A stretch of DNA of 64,000 bases. Source: Gaiellales bacterium (GTDB lineage Bacteria; Actinomycetota; Thermoleophilia; Gaiellales; JAICJC01). The notes under the pieces were generated by a model. It saw only the letters and a list, made by a program, of their open reading frames with translations, was not told where the DNA came from and did not search any database. This document shows positions 28,336 through 39,187 of the stretch, one piece after another (the stretch's first letter is position 1; each line of letters starts with the position of its first letter). The position numbers and the translations under genes are program-made. Location: NCBI GenBank assembly GCA_033856675.1, contig JAWVEN010000004.1, positions 233,653 through 297,652 of the forward strand, read 5' to 3'.

Positions 28336-30924
28336 ATGGAACCTGTGAAGAGGGCCGGCCTGGCGATCATCGCCGCATGTCTCGGCGCGCTTCCCTGCGG
28401 GGCTTCACCCGTCGCCGCCGCAGCGCCCCCGGTCACGCCGTCGGGGTGGGGCATCACCCCGGCCGGGAGGGTGTTGCCGATCCCGGACGGAGCAAGCCTC
28501 GGAGGGCCGTGGGCGGTACGCGTCTCGCCCGACGGGCGGCATGCGCTGGTGACCTCGAGCGGGCAGGCGGTGCAGAACGAGACGGTCGAGATGTTCGACA
28601 TCGCGAGCGGCGAGCGAACCGGCGTGCAGGTGTACAACGGTCATCTTGGCCGCTCCGTGTTCTATGGGCTTGCGTTCTCCCCCAACGGCCGGCGGGCGTG
28701 GGCGTCGGGCGGCGGCCAGGGCGTGGTGCACTCGTACAACGTGACCGCAACCGGCGCGCTCGTGCCTCGCGGACGAATCCGCGCCGGCCATTTCCCGACC
28801 GGCATGGCGCTCGGCGAGACGCCGAGGGGCCGGCGGCTGTACGTCGCCGACAACATGGGGGGCGAGCCGTTCAGCACTGGGCCGTACGCGGACCCGCCGG
28901 GCCACTTCGTCATCGTGATCGACCCTCGCCGGAACAAGGTCACGGCGCGGATCGACCTGGGCCGACCGCTCGACCCGTTCGGCGTCACCTTCAACGCCGA
29001 CGCCACGAAGGCGTACGTGACGAACTGGACCGGACGGTCGGTGGCCGTGATCGACACGGCGCGGGAGCGCGTGAAGAAGACCATCGTGTTGTCGCCGCCG
29101 GGGAACCCGCTCCAGGCCGACCATCCGACGGCGATCGTCCGCAACCCTGTCTCCGACGAGATCTACGTCGCGAACGCGAGCAGCGATACGGTGTCGGTTC
29201 TCGACGCGACGCGTGACGTCCTGGTTGCCACGATCGACGTCGCTCTCGTTCCCGGCTCGCCCAAGGGATCGATGCCGGAGGGTCTTGCCGTCAGCCCGGA
29301 CGGGCGCAGGCTCTACGTCGCTCTCGCCGGTGAGAACGCCGTCGCTGTCGTGGATGTCTCGAGCCGGCGGGTGCTCGGGTTCATCCCCACCGGGTGGTAC
29401 CCGGCGGATGTGGCCGTGACCCCCGATGGCCGTCGCATCGTCATTGTCAACACGAACGGCTTCGGCGCGGAGCCGAACCCCTGCGGGCCGATGTCGCCGC
29501 TGCTCGCGCTCGGCTGCGGAACCGGAATCGAGTACCTCCCCGGCTACTTCGAGAACCAGTATCTCGGCACGATGATCAAGGGCACCGTTCAGGTGGTCGA
29601 CGTGCCGGAGGGCCCGCGAGACCTTGCGAACCGGCTGGAGCGCTGGACGGACCGGGTGCGTCGCAACAACCACGTCGACCTGCGCCCGGCTCCGCGCCCT
29701 GAGCACCTGCGTCAGATCGAGCACGTGATCTACATCATCAAGGAGAACCGCACCTACGACCAGATGTTCGGCGACCTGCCGCGGGGAAACGGCGACCCGT
29801 CGCTGACGTTGTTCCACGACGAGTCGGCGCCGAACCAGCGCGAGCTCGCCCAGCGGTTCGTCCTGTTCGACAACTTCTACGTCGACGCCGAGGTGTCACA
29901 GGACGGCCATCCGTGGTCGACCCAGGCGACGGCGACCGACTACGTCGACAAGACGTGGCCGTTCGACTACGCATGGGCTTACTATCGAAACTACGACTCC
30001 GAGTTCGTGCCCCTGAGGCAGCAGTTCCCGACGGAGCCCCTCGCATCGGATCCCTCGGTGCCCCGCACGGCTGCCGCCGCGACGGTGGGCTACCTGTGGG
30101 ACAACGCGTACGACCACAACGTCTCGTTCCGCGACTACGGGGAGGGGACGCCGCTCTACAACCCCAACTGCCACCCGAAGCGCAACTTCTCGAGCCTGAC
30201 ACGCCTGCAGAAGCGCTTCGGAAACCATGTCGCTCCCCGCTTCCCCGGCTGGAACATGGAGTGCTCCGACCACGCGATCCGGTTCAAGGAATGGCACCGG
30301 GAGTTCGTGCGGTTCGAGCGGCGAGGGAAGATGCCCCAGCTCCAGATCGTCTACTTCCCCAACGACCACACCCAGGGCACCGCACCCGGCACCGCGACCC
30401 CCGCGTCGTATGTGGCCGACAACGATCTTGCCGTCGGCAAGCTCGTCGAGGCGGTGTCACGCAGCGGCTTCTGGAAGAGCACCGCGATCTTCGTGCTCGA
30501 GGACGACGCCCAGGACGGCCCCGATCACGTCGACCCGCATCGTTCCACGGCGCTCGTGATCAGCCCGTTCACGCAGCATGCCCGGGTCGACTCCACCCAT
30601 TACGACACCGCCGCGATGCTGGCCACGATCGAGGATCTGCTCGGGCTCTCGCCGATGAGCATCTTCGACCAACGGGCAACGAGGATGTGGGCGCCGTTCT
30701 TCGGGATACCCGACTACGCGCCGTATCGGACCATCCAGCCGGCGGTGATCCCGTTCGGCGCGCCGGGCTATCCGGTCAACCCGCCGGACGCTCCACTTGG
30801 TGCCGAGTCGGCTGCCCAGAACTTCTCGATCCCCGACGGCGCCGACGAGGAGACTCTGAACGAGGCCATCTGGCGGTCGGTCAGAGGGCCGGACTCGCGG
30901 ATGCCGTCGTTCGACGGCGACTGA
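28336..30924 (+). CDS. Secreted YVTN beta-propeller + phosphoesterase (alkaline phosphatase/phospholipase C-like)
   Basis: Signal peptide, repeated YV.N/SPDG blades, IIKENRTYDQ, PNDH, EDDAQDGPDHVD. Confidence 0.9.
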   Translation: MEPVKRAGLAIIAACLGALPCGASPVAAAAPPVTPSGWGITPAGRVLPIPDGASLGGPWAVRVSPDGRHALVTSSGQAVQNETVEMFDIASGERTGVQVYNGHLGRSVFYGLAFSPNGRRAWASGGGQGVVHSYNVTATGALVPRGRIRAGHFPTGMALGETPRGRRLYVADNMGGEPFSTGPYADPPGHFVIVIDPRRNKVTARIDLGRPLDPFGVTFNADATKAYVTNWTGRSVAVIDTARERVKKTIVLSPPGNPLQADHPTAIVRNPVSDEIYVANASSDTVSVLDATRDVLVATIDVALVPGSPKGSMPEGLAVSPDGRRLYVALAGENAVAVVDVSSRRVLGFIPTGWYPADVAVTPDGRRIVIVNTNGFGAEPNPCGPMSPLLALGCGTGIEYLPGYFENQYLGTMIKGTVQVVDVPEGPRDLANRLERWTDRVRRNNHVDLRPAPRPEHLRQIEHVIYIIKENRTYDQMFGDLPRGNGDPSLTLFHDESAPNQRELAQRFVLFDNFYVDAEVSQDGHPWSTQATATDYVDKTWPFDYAWAYYRNYDSEFVPLRQQFPTEPLASDPSVPRTAAAATVGYLWDNAYDHNVSFRDYGEGTPLYNPNCHPKRNFSSLTRLQKRFGNHVAPRFPGWNMECSDHAIRFKEWHREFVRFERRGKMPQLQIVYFPNDHTQGTAPGTATPASYVADNDLAVGKLVEAVSRSGFWKSTAIFVLEDDAQDGPDHVDPHRSTALVISPFTQHARVDSTHYDTAAMLATIEDLLGLSPMSIFDQRATRMWAPFFGIPDYAPYRTIQPAVIPFGAPGYPVNPPDAPLGAESAAQNFSIPDGADEETLNEAIWRSVRGPDSRMPSFDGD

Positions 30925-30956
30925 CGAGAAACGCGGGATCTGGTATTCAGCCGAGT

Positions 30957-31787
30957 GTGGTCGACGTCCACCTGATCGACGGCACCTACGAGTTGTTTCG
31001 CCACTTCTACGGTGCTCGGCGCGCGCGCGGGACCGACCCGCCGTTCGGTGCGGTGCGCGGCGTCCTGCGGACGGTCGTGCAGATGTTCGAAGGCGGAGCC
31101 ACCCATATCGGTGTGGCGACAGACCACGTCATCGAGTCGTTCCGCAACGACCTCTGGCCGGGCTACAAGACCGGCGCGGGTATCGAGCCGGCGCTGCGGG
31201 CGCAGTTCCTCCCGCTCGAGGAAGGGCTCGCAGCGATGGGCGTCGCCGTCTGGCCGATGGTCGAGCTCGAGGCCGACGACGCGCTGGCGTCCGCCGCACA
31301 CCTGGCGGCTCAGGACGAACCGGTGCACAAGGTCTGCATCTGGACGCCGGACAAGGACCTCGCGCAGTGCGTCGTCGGCGAGCGTGTGGTGCAGGTCGAC
31401 CGCAAGAGCGGCCAGATCAGGGATGCCGACGGCGTGTACGCGAAGTTCGGCGTACCGCCGTCACGCATTCCCGACTACCTGGCCCTCGTCGGCGACTCAG
31501 CGGACGGGTATCCCGGCATCCCCGGCGTCGGTGCCAAGACCGCCGCCGCCCTCATCCGGAGGCATGGGGCGATCGAGGACTTCCCGACGGGCACGATCAA
31601 GGGGGGCCCAGAGCTGGCGTTGCTGTTCAAGGACCTGGCAACGCTGCGCACCGGCGCGCCGCTGTTCGACGACGTGGAGGCGCTCCGCTTCGCGGGCGCC
31701 ACAGCCACCTTCGCGGCGTTCGCCGAGCGGATCGGCGATAAGGAGCTGGTAACCCGAGTGCGGCGCCTCGAGGAGAGGCAGCGCTGA
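30957..31787 (+). CDS. Stand-alone 5'-3' exonuclease / flap endonuclease
   Basis: HLIDGTYELFR, FRNDLWPGYK, EADD, DKDL, ALVGDSADGYPGIPGVGAKTA. Confidence 0.92.
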   Translation: MVDVHLIDGTYELFRHFYGARRARGTDPPFGAVRGVLRTVVQMFEGGATHIGVATDHVIESFRNDLWPGYKTGAGIEPALRAQFLPLEEGLAAMGVAVWPMVELEADDALASAAHLAAQDEPVHKVCIWTPDKDLAQCVVGERVVQVDRKSGQIRDADGVYAKFGVPPSRIPDYLALVGDSADGYPGIPGVGAKTAAALIRRHGAIEDFPTGTIKGGPELALLFKDLATLRTGAPLFDDVEALRFAGATATFAAFAERIGDKELVTRVRRLEERQR

Positions 31788-31813
31788 AGCCGTGGAGCAT
31801 GTCTCCGGGACGG

Positions 31814-33325
31814 TTACGAACCGGCTCGCAGCGCGATGAAGAAATCCACCCGGTCCTCCATCGACGACAACGAGCGGCCAGTAAGCCGCTCGACCCGTGC
31901 GAGCCTGTGGCGAAGCGTGTTGACGTGCACGTGCAGCCGGTCGGCGGTGGCCTGCCACTGACCGCCTGAGCTGAGGAAGGCGTCGAGCGTGTCGATGAGC
32001 TGCGTGTGGCGACGCGCATCGTGCTCCTCGAGCGGCTGCAGGAGGGCCCGGCGGAAGGCTGCGAGGACTTCTTCGTCCTGCATCGCCAGCAGCAGCGTGT
32101 GAGACCCGACCTCGCCGTGGACGGCGTACGCGAGACCCTGGCGGCGAAGCCGCGCGAACCGGCAGGCGTGGCGCGCCTCGACCAGGCTCGTCCGCAGCGA
32201 CTGCGCCGAGGGTACGACGCCGCCGACTCCCACGGCGGCGTTGCCGCCAAGCGCCTCGGCGACGCTTCGAGCGAGATCGGCGAGGCCCTCGTCGCCGCCG
32301 TCCCAGCGGGCGATGGCCACGACCTCCATGCCCTTGGACGCCACCACGCCGGTCGCGCCGCAACTCATCAGCGCGTCCTCGACCGCGTCGACCGCCTCGT
32401 CGAGCGGCGCGCCCTCGCAGACCAGTCCGACCACCGGCGCATCGGGGTCGACGCCGAACGCCTCCAGCCGCGCCGCTGCAGCGGGAAGCTGCGGCGGCCC
32501 TGCGCTCACCAGGTCGATCAGCTCGGCGGCGAACCGCCGCTCGCTCTCGCGCAACGCACGCCTGCGCGCCAGCTCGAGGCCCAGGAAGGGCAGGGTCTGG
32601 TCGATCGCAGCGCGGTCCTCGACCGAGAGCGGCTCGTCGCCGGCCGCGACGACCAGGTGGGCCTCGGTGCGGCCCACCGCCACCACGGGAAACACCAGCC
32701 AGTCGCCGACGCTGACCGGGTATTCCGGCTGGAGGCGCGCAGCCTCCGTGCCGACGGCTTCGATGTCGCCGGCAGTCGGCTCGGCGCCGCGCCGGGCGAG
32801 GACGTGCCGGTCACGGCCGACCACCCAGCTTTGCATACCGCGGGAGCGCGCGAGGACGGCCAGGATCCCATCCAGCCCCGCGCCGTGCTCGGCCGCGCGC
32901 ACGAGTGCGGCATGCCGGCGCACCGTTCGCTGCAGCGCCTCCTCGCGGTCGGTTGCGAGGCGCTCGACGAACGCCTCCGCGATCGCGATGAACGGCAGCT
33001 CGTACGGCACCGTGAAGAACGTCAGGCGCCGCCGCTTACAGGCGGCGACGAGGCCCGGCGGGACGGTGGCGTCCGGTCGCGGGATGCCGTAGCCGAGAGC
33101 TGCGACCCCCGCGGCTGCGAGCGGGCGAACGAACTCGGCCGGCTTCGTACCGGCGTCGATCCAGACGCCCGTCGTCAGGATCACCTCGCCGCCCTGGAGG
33201 TAGAGCGAGGGATCGGCGAGCTCCGTCGTGTGCACCCAGCGCACCCTGCGATCGATCTCGCGCTCGACGAGCAGCTCGAGCCCGAGCGCAGGGTCTTCGA
33301 TCAGATCCCGTACGGTCATCGGCAT
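31814..33325 (-). CDS. PucR-family transcriptional regulator
   Basis: N-terminal PucR domain VRWVHTTELADP..GGEVILTTG; C-terminal HTH TADRLHVHVNTLRHRL. Confidence 0.93.
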   Translation of the reverse strand: MPMTVRDLIEDPALGLELLVEREIDRRVRWVHTTELADPSLYLQGGEVILTTGVWIDAGTKPAEFVRPLAAAGVAALGYGIPRPDATVPPGLVAACKRRRLTFFTVPYELPFIAIAEAFVERLATDREEALQRTVRRHAALVRAAEHGAGLDGILAVLARSRGMQSWVVGRDRHVLARRGAEPTAGDIEAVGTEAARLQPEYPVSVGDWLVFPVVAVGRTEAHLVVAAGDEPLSVEDRAAIDQTLPFLGLELARRRALRESERRFAAELIDLVSAGPPQLPAAAARLEAFGVDPDAPVVGLVCEGAPLDEAVDAVEDALMSCGATGVVASKGMEVVAIARWDGGDEGLADLARSVAEALGGNAAVGVGGVVPSAQSLRTSLVEARHACRFARLRRQGLAYAVHGEVGSHTLLLAMQDEEVLAAFRRALLQPLEEHDARRHTQLIDTLDAFLSSGGQWQATADRLHVHVNTLRHRLARVERLTGRSLSSMEDRVDFFIALRAGS

Positions 33326-33408
33326 TGGATGATCCTCCAACGCGGACCATAGAACGTTGCAGCGTCCTACGGTTGTAGCGCCTGCTGCAAAGGCGCAGAC
33401 TCTCCGCC

Positions 33409-34287
33409 ATGAGCGGCTTCGCGTGGCCCAAGGGGACTCGGGCCGGTTTCGCACTCACGTTCGATGTCGACGCCGAATCGGCGATCCTCGCCGTCGATCC
33501 GGCCTACGCCCGCAGGCTGACGACCATGAGCCACCAGGCGTACGGCCCAAAGGTCGGAGTGCCGCGAATCCTGCGGATGCTGGAGCGGCAGGGGCTGAAG
33601 GCGACGTTCTTCATCCCCGGGCTGACGGCCGACCGCTACCCGCACACCGTGGAGGCGGTTGCGGAGGCCGGCCACGAGATCGGCCACCACGGGTACTCAC
33701 ACGTCCCGCTGCATCAACTCGACGAGGCCGGGGAGCGGCGGGAGATCGAGCGCGCACTGGAAAGCCTGGAGCGAATCCTCGGGCACGCCCCGGCCGGATT
33801 CCGGGCGCCGTGGTGGGAGCTGAACGACCGCACCCCTGGCCTGCTGGTGGAGTACGGCTTCCGCTTCGACTCCAGCATGATGGACGACGACCGGCCGTAC
33901 CTGCTGGCAACCGAGCGGGGCACGCTCGCCGAGCTGCCCGTCCACTGGATGCTCGACGACTGGGAGCAGTACGCCTTTCTGCCGGAGCCCAACATCGGCA
34001 GCGTCATCGAGTCGCCGTCGAAGGTGCTCGACCTGTGGACGTCGGAGCTCGACGCGCTCGCCGACGATGGCGGCCTCTTCGTCCACACCTCTCATCCGTT
34101 CCTTTCCGGCCGTGCGTCGCGCGTCGCCACGCTCGAGCGACTGGCAGAGCACGCGGGCGCCCGGGGCGATCTGTGGTCCGGCGCCCTCAGGGAGATCGCC
34201 GACCACACACACTCCACGATCGCCCCGGACGACGCACGGCCGGTGCCTGTCTGCATCATCGAGGAGGACGTATATGTCAATCGCTGA
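33409..34287 (+). CDS. Polysaccharide-deacetylase-family hydrolase (PgdA/PuuE-like)
   Basis: TFDVDAE, YGPKVGVPR, GHHGYSH, FRAPWW, LDDW, HPFLSGR. Confidence 0.9.
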   Translation: MSGFAWPKGTRAGFALTFDVDAESAILAVDPAYARRLTTMSHQAYGPKVGVPRILRMLERQGLKATFFIPGLTADRYPHTVEAVAEAGHEIGHHGYSHVPLHQLDEAGERREIERALESLERILGHAPAGFRAPWWELNDRTPGLLVEYGFRFDSSMMDDDRPYLLATERGTLAELPVHWMLDDWEQYAFLPEPNIGSVIESPSKVLDLWTSELDALADDGGLFVHTSHPFLSGRASRVATLERLAEHAGARGDLWSGALREIADHTHSTIAPDDARPVPVCIIEEDVYVNR

Positions 34288-35872
34288 GGGCGAGGCCCCG
34301 CGGGCGTTCGAGCGCAAGGCAACCGGCCTGGTACGGGAGGCGGGCTGGTGGGACGTCCTGGTCTACAACCTGAACTTCATCTCGATCGGCCTGATGGCCG
34401 CGTTCGTCTTCCTGGTCATCATCCCGTTTTACCCGGGCGTGAACGTGTACCTGACGGAGCTGGTCGCGTTTGCCCTCGTCATCCCGGTCTCGCTCGTGTT
34501 CGCAATGTTCGCGGCGGCGATGCCGCGCTCGGGCGGCGACTACGTGTACGTGTCGCGAACGCTGCATCCCGCGCTCGGGATGATGTCGTCGTTCAACAAC
34601 ACCGTCTGGTGGTTCATCTACGGCGGCGTGCCGTCGGCGTTCTTCGCGCGGTACGGCATCGGGCCGTTCCTGCGCACGGTCGGTGAGATGTCCGGCTCGG
34701 GCACTCTCGTCGACTGGGGGAACACGCTGGTCGGCAACCGCGGCACCGTGATCTGCGGCGCGATCCTGATCGTCGCCCTGGCGGCCGTGTTCTCGCGCAG
34801 CCTGCACCTCTACTTCCGCATCCAGAACTCGCTGTTTCTCCTCGCGATGCTGAGCATCCTGATCACCATCGTCGTGTTCCTGCTGGAGGGGCGAGGCGAC
34901 GTGCTGAGCGCCATCAACAGCACGTTCGGGTCGGGCAGCGCCGACAAGGTGATGGCGAGTGCCGCACCCGAGGCGCCGTTCGATCTGCGCTTCACCATCC
35001 TGCCGATGACGTGGCTCTACCTGGAGCTCGTGTTCAACCAGTCGTCTGCATACATCGGCGGCGAGGTGAAGCGGGCGTCGAAGGTGCAGCTCTGGTCGAT
35101 GCCGCTGGCGGCGATCATCGCGACGGCCGTGCTGATGCTGCTGACCTGGGCGGCGCTCCAGTCGCTCGGCTTCGAGTTCTGGTTCGCGGTCGGCACCGAC
35201 GCCGGTGCGAGCCTCGGGTACTCGTCGACGCCGCTCTACAGCGAGATCGCAGCTCTGGCGAGTGGCCAGACCTGGGTCGCGGTGCTGATCCTGGGCGGCT
35301 TCGTGTTCTGGAGCTACACCTGGCTGCCGGGCCAGATGCTGAACGCCTCGCGCAACCTCGTGGCCTACGCGCTCGACGGGCTGATGCCACGCCAGTTCGC
35401 CCACGTCAGTGATCGCACCCACGCACCGGTCGTCGCGATCTGGGCTGTGGCCCTGGGGTCGATCGTGTTCCTCTACCTCTACGTCTACACCCACATCTTC
35501 GCCACGCTGACGGGGATCTTCGGCTTCATACTCGGGTTCACCGTCGTGTCCCTGGCGGCCGTTGCGTTCCCCTACCGGCTGCCCGAGGTGTTCGAGTCCT
35601 CGCCGGTGCGCTGGCGCGTCGGGGGCATCCCGGTGATGAGCATCGTCGGCGTCCTGTCGTTCGCCGCCTGCGTCGCTGCGCTCGTGATCTTCTGGAAAGA
35701 CCCGTACGCGGGATTGCGCAACCTGGACGACGGCTCTCGGTACTGGTGGGGCGTTGCATACAACGTCGGCATCTTCCTCTCCGGGCTCATCGTCTACCTC
35801 GTCGCCAAATACCTGAATGCCCGGCGCGGTGTCGACGTCGACAAGCGGTTCGCGGAGATCCCGGTTGAATGA
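34274..35872 (+). CDS. APC-family amino acid/polyamine permease
   Basis: FERKATGLVRE, AMPRSGGDYVYVSR, about 12 TM helices, FAEIPVE C-terminus. Confidence 0.9.
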   Translation: MSIAEGEAPRAFERKATGLVREAGWWDVLVYNLNFISIGLMAAFVFLVIIPFYPGVNVYLTELVAFALVIPVSLVFAMFAAAMPRSGGDYVYVSRTLHPALGMMSSFNNTVWWFIYGGVPSAFFARYGIGPFLRTVGEMSGSGTLVDWGNTLVGNRGTVICGAILIVALAAVFSRSLHLYFRIQNSLFLLAMLSILITIVVFLLEGRGDVLSAINSTFGSGSADKVMASAAPEAPFDLRFTILPMTWLYLELVFNQSSAYIGGEVKRASKVQLWSMPLAAIIATAVLMLLTWAALQSLGFEFWFAVGTDAGASLGYSSTPLYSEIAALASGQTWVAVLILGGFVFWSYTWLPGQMLNASRNLVAYALDGLMPRQFAHVSDRTHAPVVAIWAVALGSIVFLYLYVYTHIFATLTGIFGFILGFTVVSLAAVAFPYRLPEVFESSPVRWRVGGIPVMSIVGVLSFAACVAALVIFWKDPYAGLRNLDDGSRYWWGVAYNVGIFLSGLIVYLVAKYLNARRGVDVDKRFAEIPVE

Positions 35873-36557
35873 ACGGCCGGTTGCACTGGTTACCGGAGCA
35901 GCGGGCGGTATCGGCGGTGCCGCGGCCGACGCGCTCGAACGGCGCGGATACACGGTGGCGCGCAATCACCTCCCCGGCGACGCGGTGCCCGGGTACTCCG
36001 CACCGGCCGACGTGTCCGACGCTCGCGCGGTGCGCTTGCTGGTCGACCGGGTCGAAGCCGAGGTCGGCCCTGTCGGCATCCTCGTCAACTGCGCCGGCTA
36101 CGCGCAGGAGATCGGGTTGGAGGAGATCACCGACGCCGATTGGCACAGGATGCTCGGCGTCCACCTGGGCGGCACATACAACACCTGCCGCCTGCTGGGA
36201 CCACGGATGCGCGACCGCGGCGTGGGGTCGATCGTGAACGTCTCGTCGGAGCTGGCCCTGACGGGCTCAGACGTCATGGCGCACTACTGCGCTGCGAAGG
36301 GCGCGATCATCGGCCTCACGCGGGCGCTCGCCCTGGAGCTCGCGCCGCACGTACGGGTCAACTCTGTTGCCCCGGGCCCGACCGACACGCCGCTTCTGAC
36401 AGACCTGTGGCGCGGCGAGGAGTACCTGCAGACCCTGCCGGTGCGCCGGCTCTCGACGCCCGCCGAGATCGGCGAGGCGGTTGCCTTTCTCGGCACCGCC
36501 GAGGGGTCGTTCTTCACCGGACAGGTCGTGTCGCCCAACGCCGGAACGGTCATATGA
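35865..36557 (+). CDS. SDR-family oxidoreductase
   Basis: TGAAGGIG, ARNHLPG, VNCAG, HYCAAK, VAPGPTDT. Confidence 0.92.
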   Translation: MNERPVALVTGAAGGIGGAAADALERRGYTVARNHLPGDAVPGYSAPADVSDARAVRLLVDRVEAEVGPVGILVNCAGYAQEIGLEEITDADWHRMLGVHLGGTYNTCRLLGPRMRDRGVGSIVNVSSELALTGSDVMAHYCAAKGAIIGLTRALALELAPHVRVNSVAPGPTDTPLLTDLWRGEEYLQTLPVRRLSTPAEIGEAVAFLGTAEGSFFTGQVVSPNAGTVI

Positions 36558-37267
36558 GGGTCGCGCTCGTCACCGGTGCGGCCACCGGCATCGGCCTCGC
36601 AACGGCTGACCTGCTGGAGGAGCGCGGCTGGCGCGTGGCGCGAAACCACCTGCCAGGCCAGGACGTGCGCGGTCATGGTTTCGCTGCCGACGTCGGCGAT
36701 CCGGCGGCGGTCAACGCCATGGTCGAGCGGATTACGGCGGAGCTCGGCGCCGTGTCGCTGCTGGTGTCGAACGCAGCCGCGATGATCATGGGCGCCATCG
36801 AGCGCGTGTCGGAGGCCGACTTCTGGAAGGTTGTCGACACGAACCTCGGCGGCTACTTCAACTGCGCGCGCGCGTGCGCGCCCCCCATGGCGGAGGCGGG
36901 CTGGGGCCGCATCGTTGCGATCAGCTCCGAGTGGGGGCAGACGGGGTGGCCAGGCGCGACGGCCTACTGCGCCTCAAAGGCGGGCATGATCTCGATGACC
37001 AAGGCGCTGGCGCGGGAGCTCGGCCCGAGCGGGATCACCGCCAACGCCATCGCGCCCGGTGTGATCGATACGCCGCAGCTCGAGGTCGACGCAGCCGACG
37101 CACGCGTCACGCTGGACGAGATCAAGCGGCGGTATGCGGCAGCGACGCCACTTGGCCGGATCGGTGAGGCGCGTGAGGTCGCGATGGCCGTCGCCTACCT
37201 GGCCTCCGACAGCGCCGGGTCGCTGACGGGCCAGGTGCTGTCGCCGAACGGCGGGACGACGCTGTGA
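36554..37267 (+). CDS. SDR-family oxidoreductase
   Basis: TGAATGIG, ARNHLPG, SSEWG, AYCASK, IAPGVIDT. Confidence 0.92.
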   Translation: MRVALVTGAATGIGLATADLLEERGWRVARNHLPGQDVRGHGFAADVGDPAAVNAMVERITAELGAVSLLVSNAAAMIMGAIERVSEADFWKVVDTNLGGYFNCARACAPPMAEAGWGRIVAISSEWGQTGWPGATAYCASKAGMISMTKALARELGPSGITANAIAPGVIDTPQLEVDAADARVTLDEIKRRYAAATPLGRIGEAREVAMAVAYLASDSAGSLTGQVLSPNGGTTL

Positions 37268-38238
37268 CCGGCTATCGCCCTGCGGATGCCTTCGTCAGCC
37301 CCCGGTTCTCCGGCCTGCGCACGTTCATGCGGCTTCCGCACGTCGCCGGCACCGAGGGCGTCGACGTCGCGGTGGTGGGCCTGCCGTTCGACACGGCAAC
37401 CAGCTTCCGCAGCGGCGCGCGCTTCGGCCCCGAGGGGATCAGGGCGGCCTCGATGCTGTTGCGGCAATACCACCCCGAGCACCGCGTCGACCTGTTCGAG
37501 CACGTCTCCGCGGTGGATGCGGGCGACGTGGCCGTTGCGCCCGGCGACACCGAGGCCACCTACCGGCTGATCGAGGAAGGGCTCGCGCCGTTCGTGGCCG
37601 CGGGCGTGTTCACGATCGGGCTTGGCGGCGATCACTCGATCACACTTGCCGAGCTGCGGGCGGTCTCCGCCAGGTACGGGCCACTCGCCCTCGTGCACCT
37701 CGACGCGCACGGCGACACCTGGCACGAGTACTTCGGCCAGCGGTACTTCCACGGCACCACCTTCCGCCGCGCCTTCGAGGAGGGCGTGATCGACCCGGCC
37801 GCATCCGTACAGGCCGGCATGCGCGGGTCGCTCTACGGCGCGAGCGACATCGAGGACGCGCGGGAGATGGGCTTCACCGTGCTCTCGACGCGTGAGCTGC
37901 GGGAGCTCGGGCCGGCCGCGTACGGCGATCTGGTGCGTTCCCGTGTCGGCGATCGGCCCGCCTTCCTGTCGTTCGACGTCGACTTCTGCGACCCCGCGTT
38001 TGCGCCCGGGACGGGAACGCCCGAGGTTGGCGGGCCGAGCTCGGGCGAGGCGCTCGAGTTCGTCCGGGCGCTGACGGGCATCCGGCTGGTCGGTGCGGAT
38101 GTCGTCGAGGTGGCGCCGTCCTACGACAGCCCGGGGCAGCCCACGGCCCTGCTCGGTGCCACCGTTGCGTGGGAGGCCATCGCGCTGCACGCGGTCGCGC
38201 GCTCCTCGGCGGCGGTCGAAACGGGGCGGCCGGCGTGA
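37264..38238 (+). CDS. speB: Agmatinase/guanidinobutyrase-type ureohydrolase
   Basis: GLPFD, GARFGP, GGDHS, DAHGD, HGT, SFDVD, APGTGTP, VEVAP. Confidence 0.85.
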   Translation: MTGYRPADAFVSPRFSGLRTFMRLPHVAGTEGVDVAVVGLPFDTATSFRSGARFGPEGIRAASMLLRQYHPEHRVDLFEHVSAVDAGDVAVAPGDTEATYRLIEEGLAPFVAAGVFTIGLGGDHSITLAELRAVSARYGPLALVHLDAHGDTWHEYFGQRYFHGTTFRRAFEEGVIDPAASVQAGMRGSLYGASDIEDAREMGFTVLSTRELRELGPAAYGDLVRSRVGDRPAFLSFDVDFCDPAFAPGTGTPEVGGPSSGEALEFVRALTGIRLVGADVVEVAPSYDSPGQPTALLGATVAWEAIALHAVARSSAAVETGRPA

Positions 38239-39170
38239 GGATCTACTACGCCGGCGACGTCCATGGCTCGGAGAAGTGCTGGCGCAAGTTCCTGAATGCC
38301 GCCAAGTTCTACGAGGTCGACACGCTGGTGATGGGCGGCGACATCACCGGTAAGGTGATGGTGCCGGTGGTCGAGATGAGCGACGGCCGGCACCGGGCGC
38401 GAGTCCTCGGCCGCGACGAGATCGTGGCCGGCGCCGAGCTGGAGGACCTCGAGAAGCGGATCCGCTTCAACGGCTTCTATCCCTACCGGTGCGATCGCGC
38501 CGAATACGAGCGGCTCGAGTCCGACACCGCATACCGCGACTCGGTGTTCACCCGGCTGATGGTGGACGAGGTGCGGCGGTGGGTAACTCTCGCCGAGGAG
38601 CGGCTCGCGGGCACCGGCATCCGCTGCTTCGTCATGCCGGGAAACGACGACGAGTTCACGGTCGACGAGGCGCTCGAGTCGACCTACGTCGTCAATCCCG
38701 ACAACAAGGTGGTCGCGTTCGACGACGTCCAGATGCTGTCGTGCTCGTGGACGAACCCCACGCCATGGGACAGCCCGCGCGAGGAGGCCGAGGACCGCCT
38801 GCTGGAGCGCCTTGAGAGCCTCGCCGAGGATCTGACTCCCGGCGTCCCGACGGTGTTCAACCTCCACTGCCCGCCCGCCCGTACGTCGCTCGACCGCGCC
38901 CCGCAGCTGACCGAGGATCTGCGCGTCGTGCTGGACGGCGGCGAACCGCGAATCGTCTCGGTTGGCTCCAGTGCCGTCCGGCAGCTGATCGAGCGCGTCC
39001 AGCCCGTGCTCTCGCTGCACGGGCACATCCACGAGTCCAAGGCGATCGCCAAGATCGGCCGTACCACCTGCGTGAACCCCGGGAGCGCCTACTCCGAGGG
39101 CGTCATCGACGGGGCGGTCGTGGAGCTGCGCGGCGACGCCGTCAAAGCCTGCCAGCTGGTCACCGGATAG
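38235..39170 (+). CDS. Calcineurin-like metallophosphoesterase (Icc-related)
   Basis: DVHG, GGDITG, PGNDD, HCPP, HGHIHE, NPGS motifs. Confidence 0.88.
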   Translation: MRIYYAGDVHGSEKCWRKFLNAAKFYEVDTLVMGGDITGKVMVPVVEMSDGRHRARVLGRDEIVAGAELEDLEKRIRFNGFYPYRCDRAEYERLESDTAYRDSVFTRLMVDEVRRWVTLAEERLAGTGIRCFVMPGNDDEFTVDEALESTYVVNPDNKVVAFDDVQMLSCSWTNPTPWDSPREEAEDRLLERLESLAEDLTPGVPTVFNLHCPPARTSLDRAPQLTEDLRVVLDGGEPRIVSVGSSAVRQLIERVQPVLSLHGHIHESKAIAKIGRTTCVNPGSAYSEGVIDGAVVELRGDAVKACQLVTG

Positions 39171-39187
39171 GGAAGGAGCGTACTGCC

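Noticed and set aside
6921-31787. Prophage or integrative element
   Set aside because: No integrase, phage structural, replication or conjugation genes seen.
33326-33408. Guanidine riboswitch upstream of the ureohydrolase operon
   Set aside because: Intergenic region is short, the first gene looks leaderless (CAGACT 7 nt before ATG), and no riboswitch consensus was recognised.
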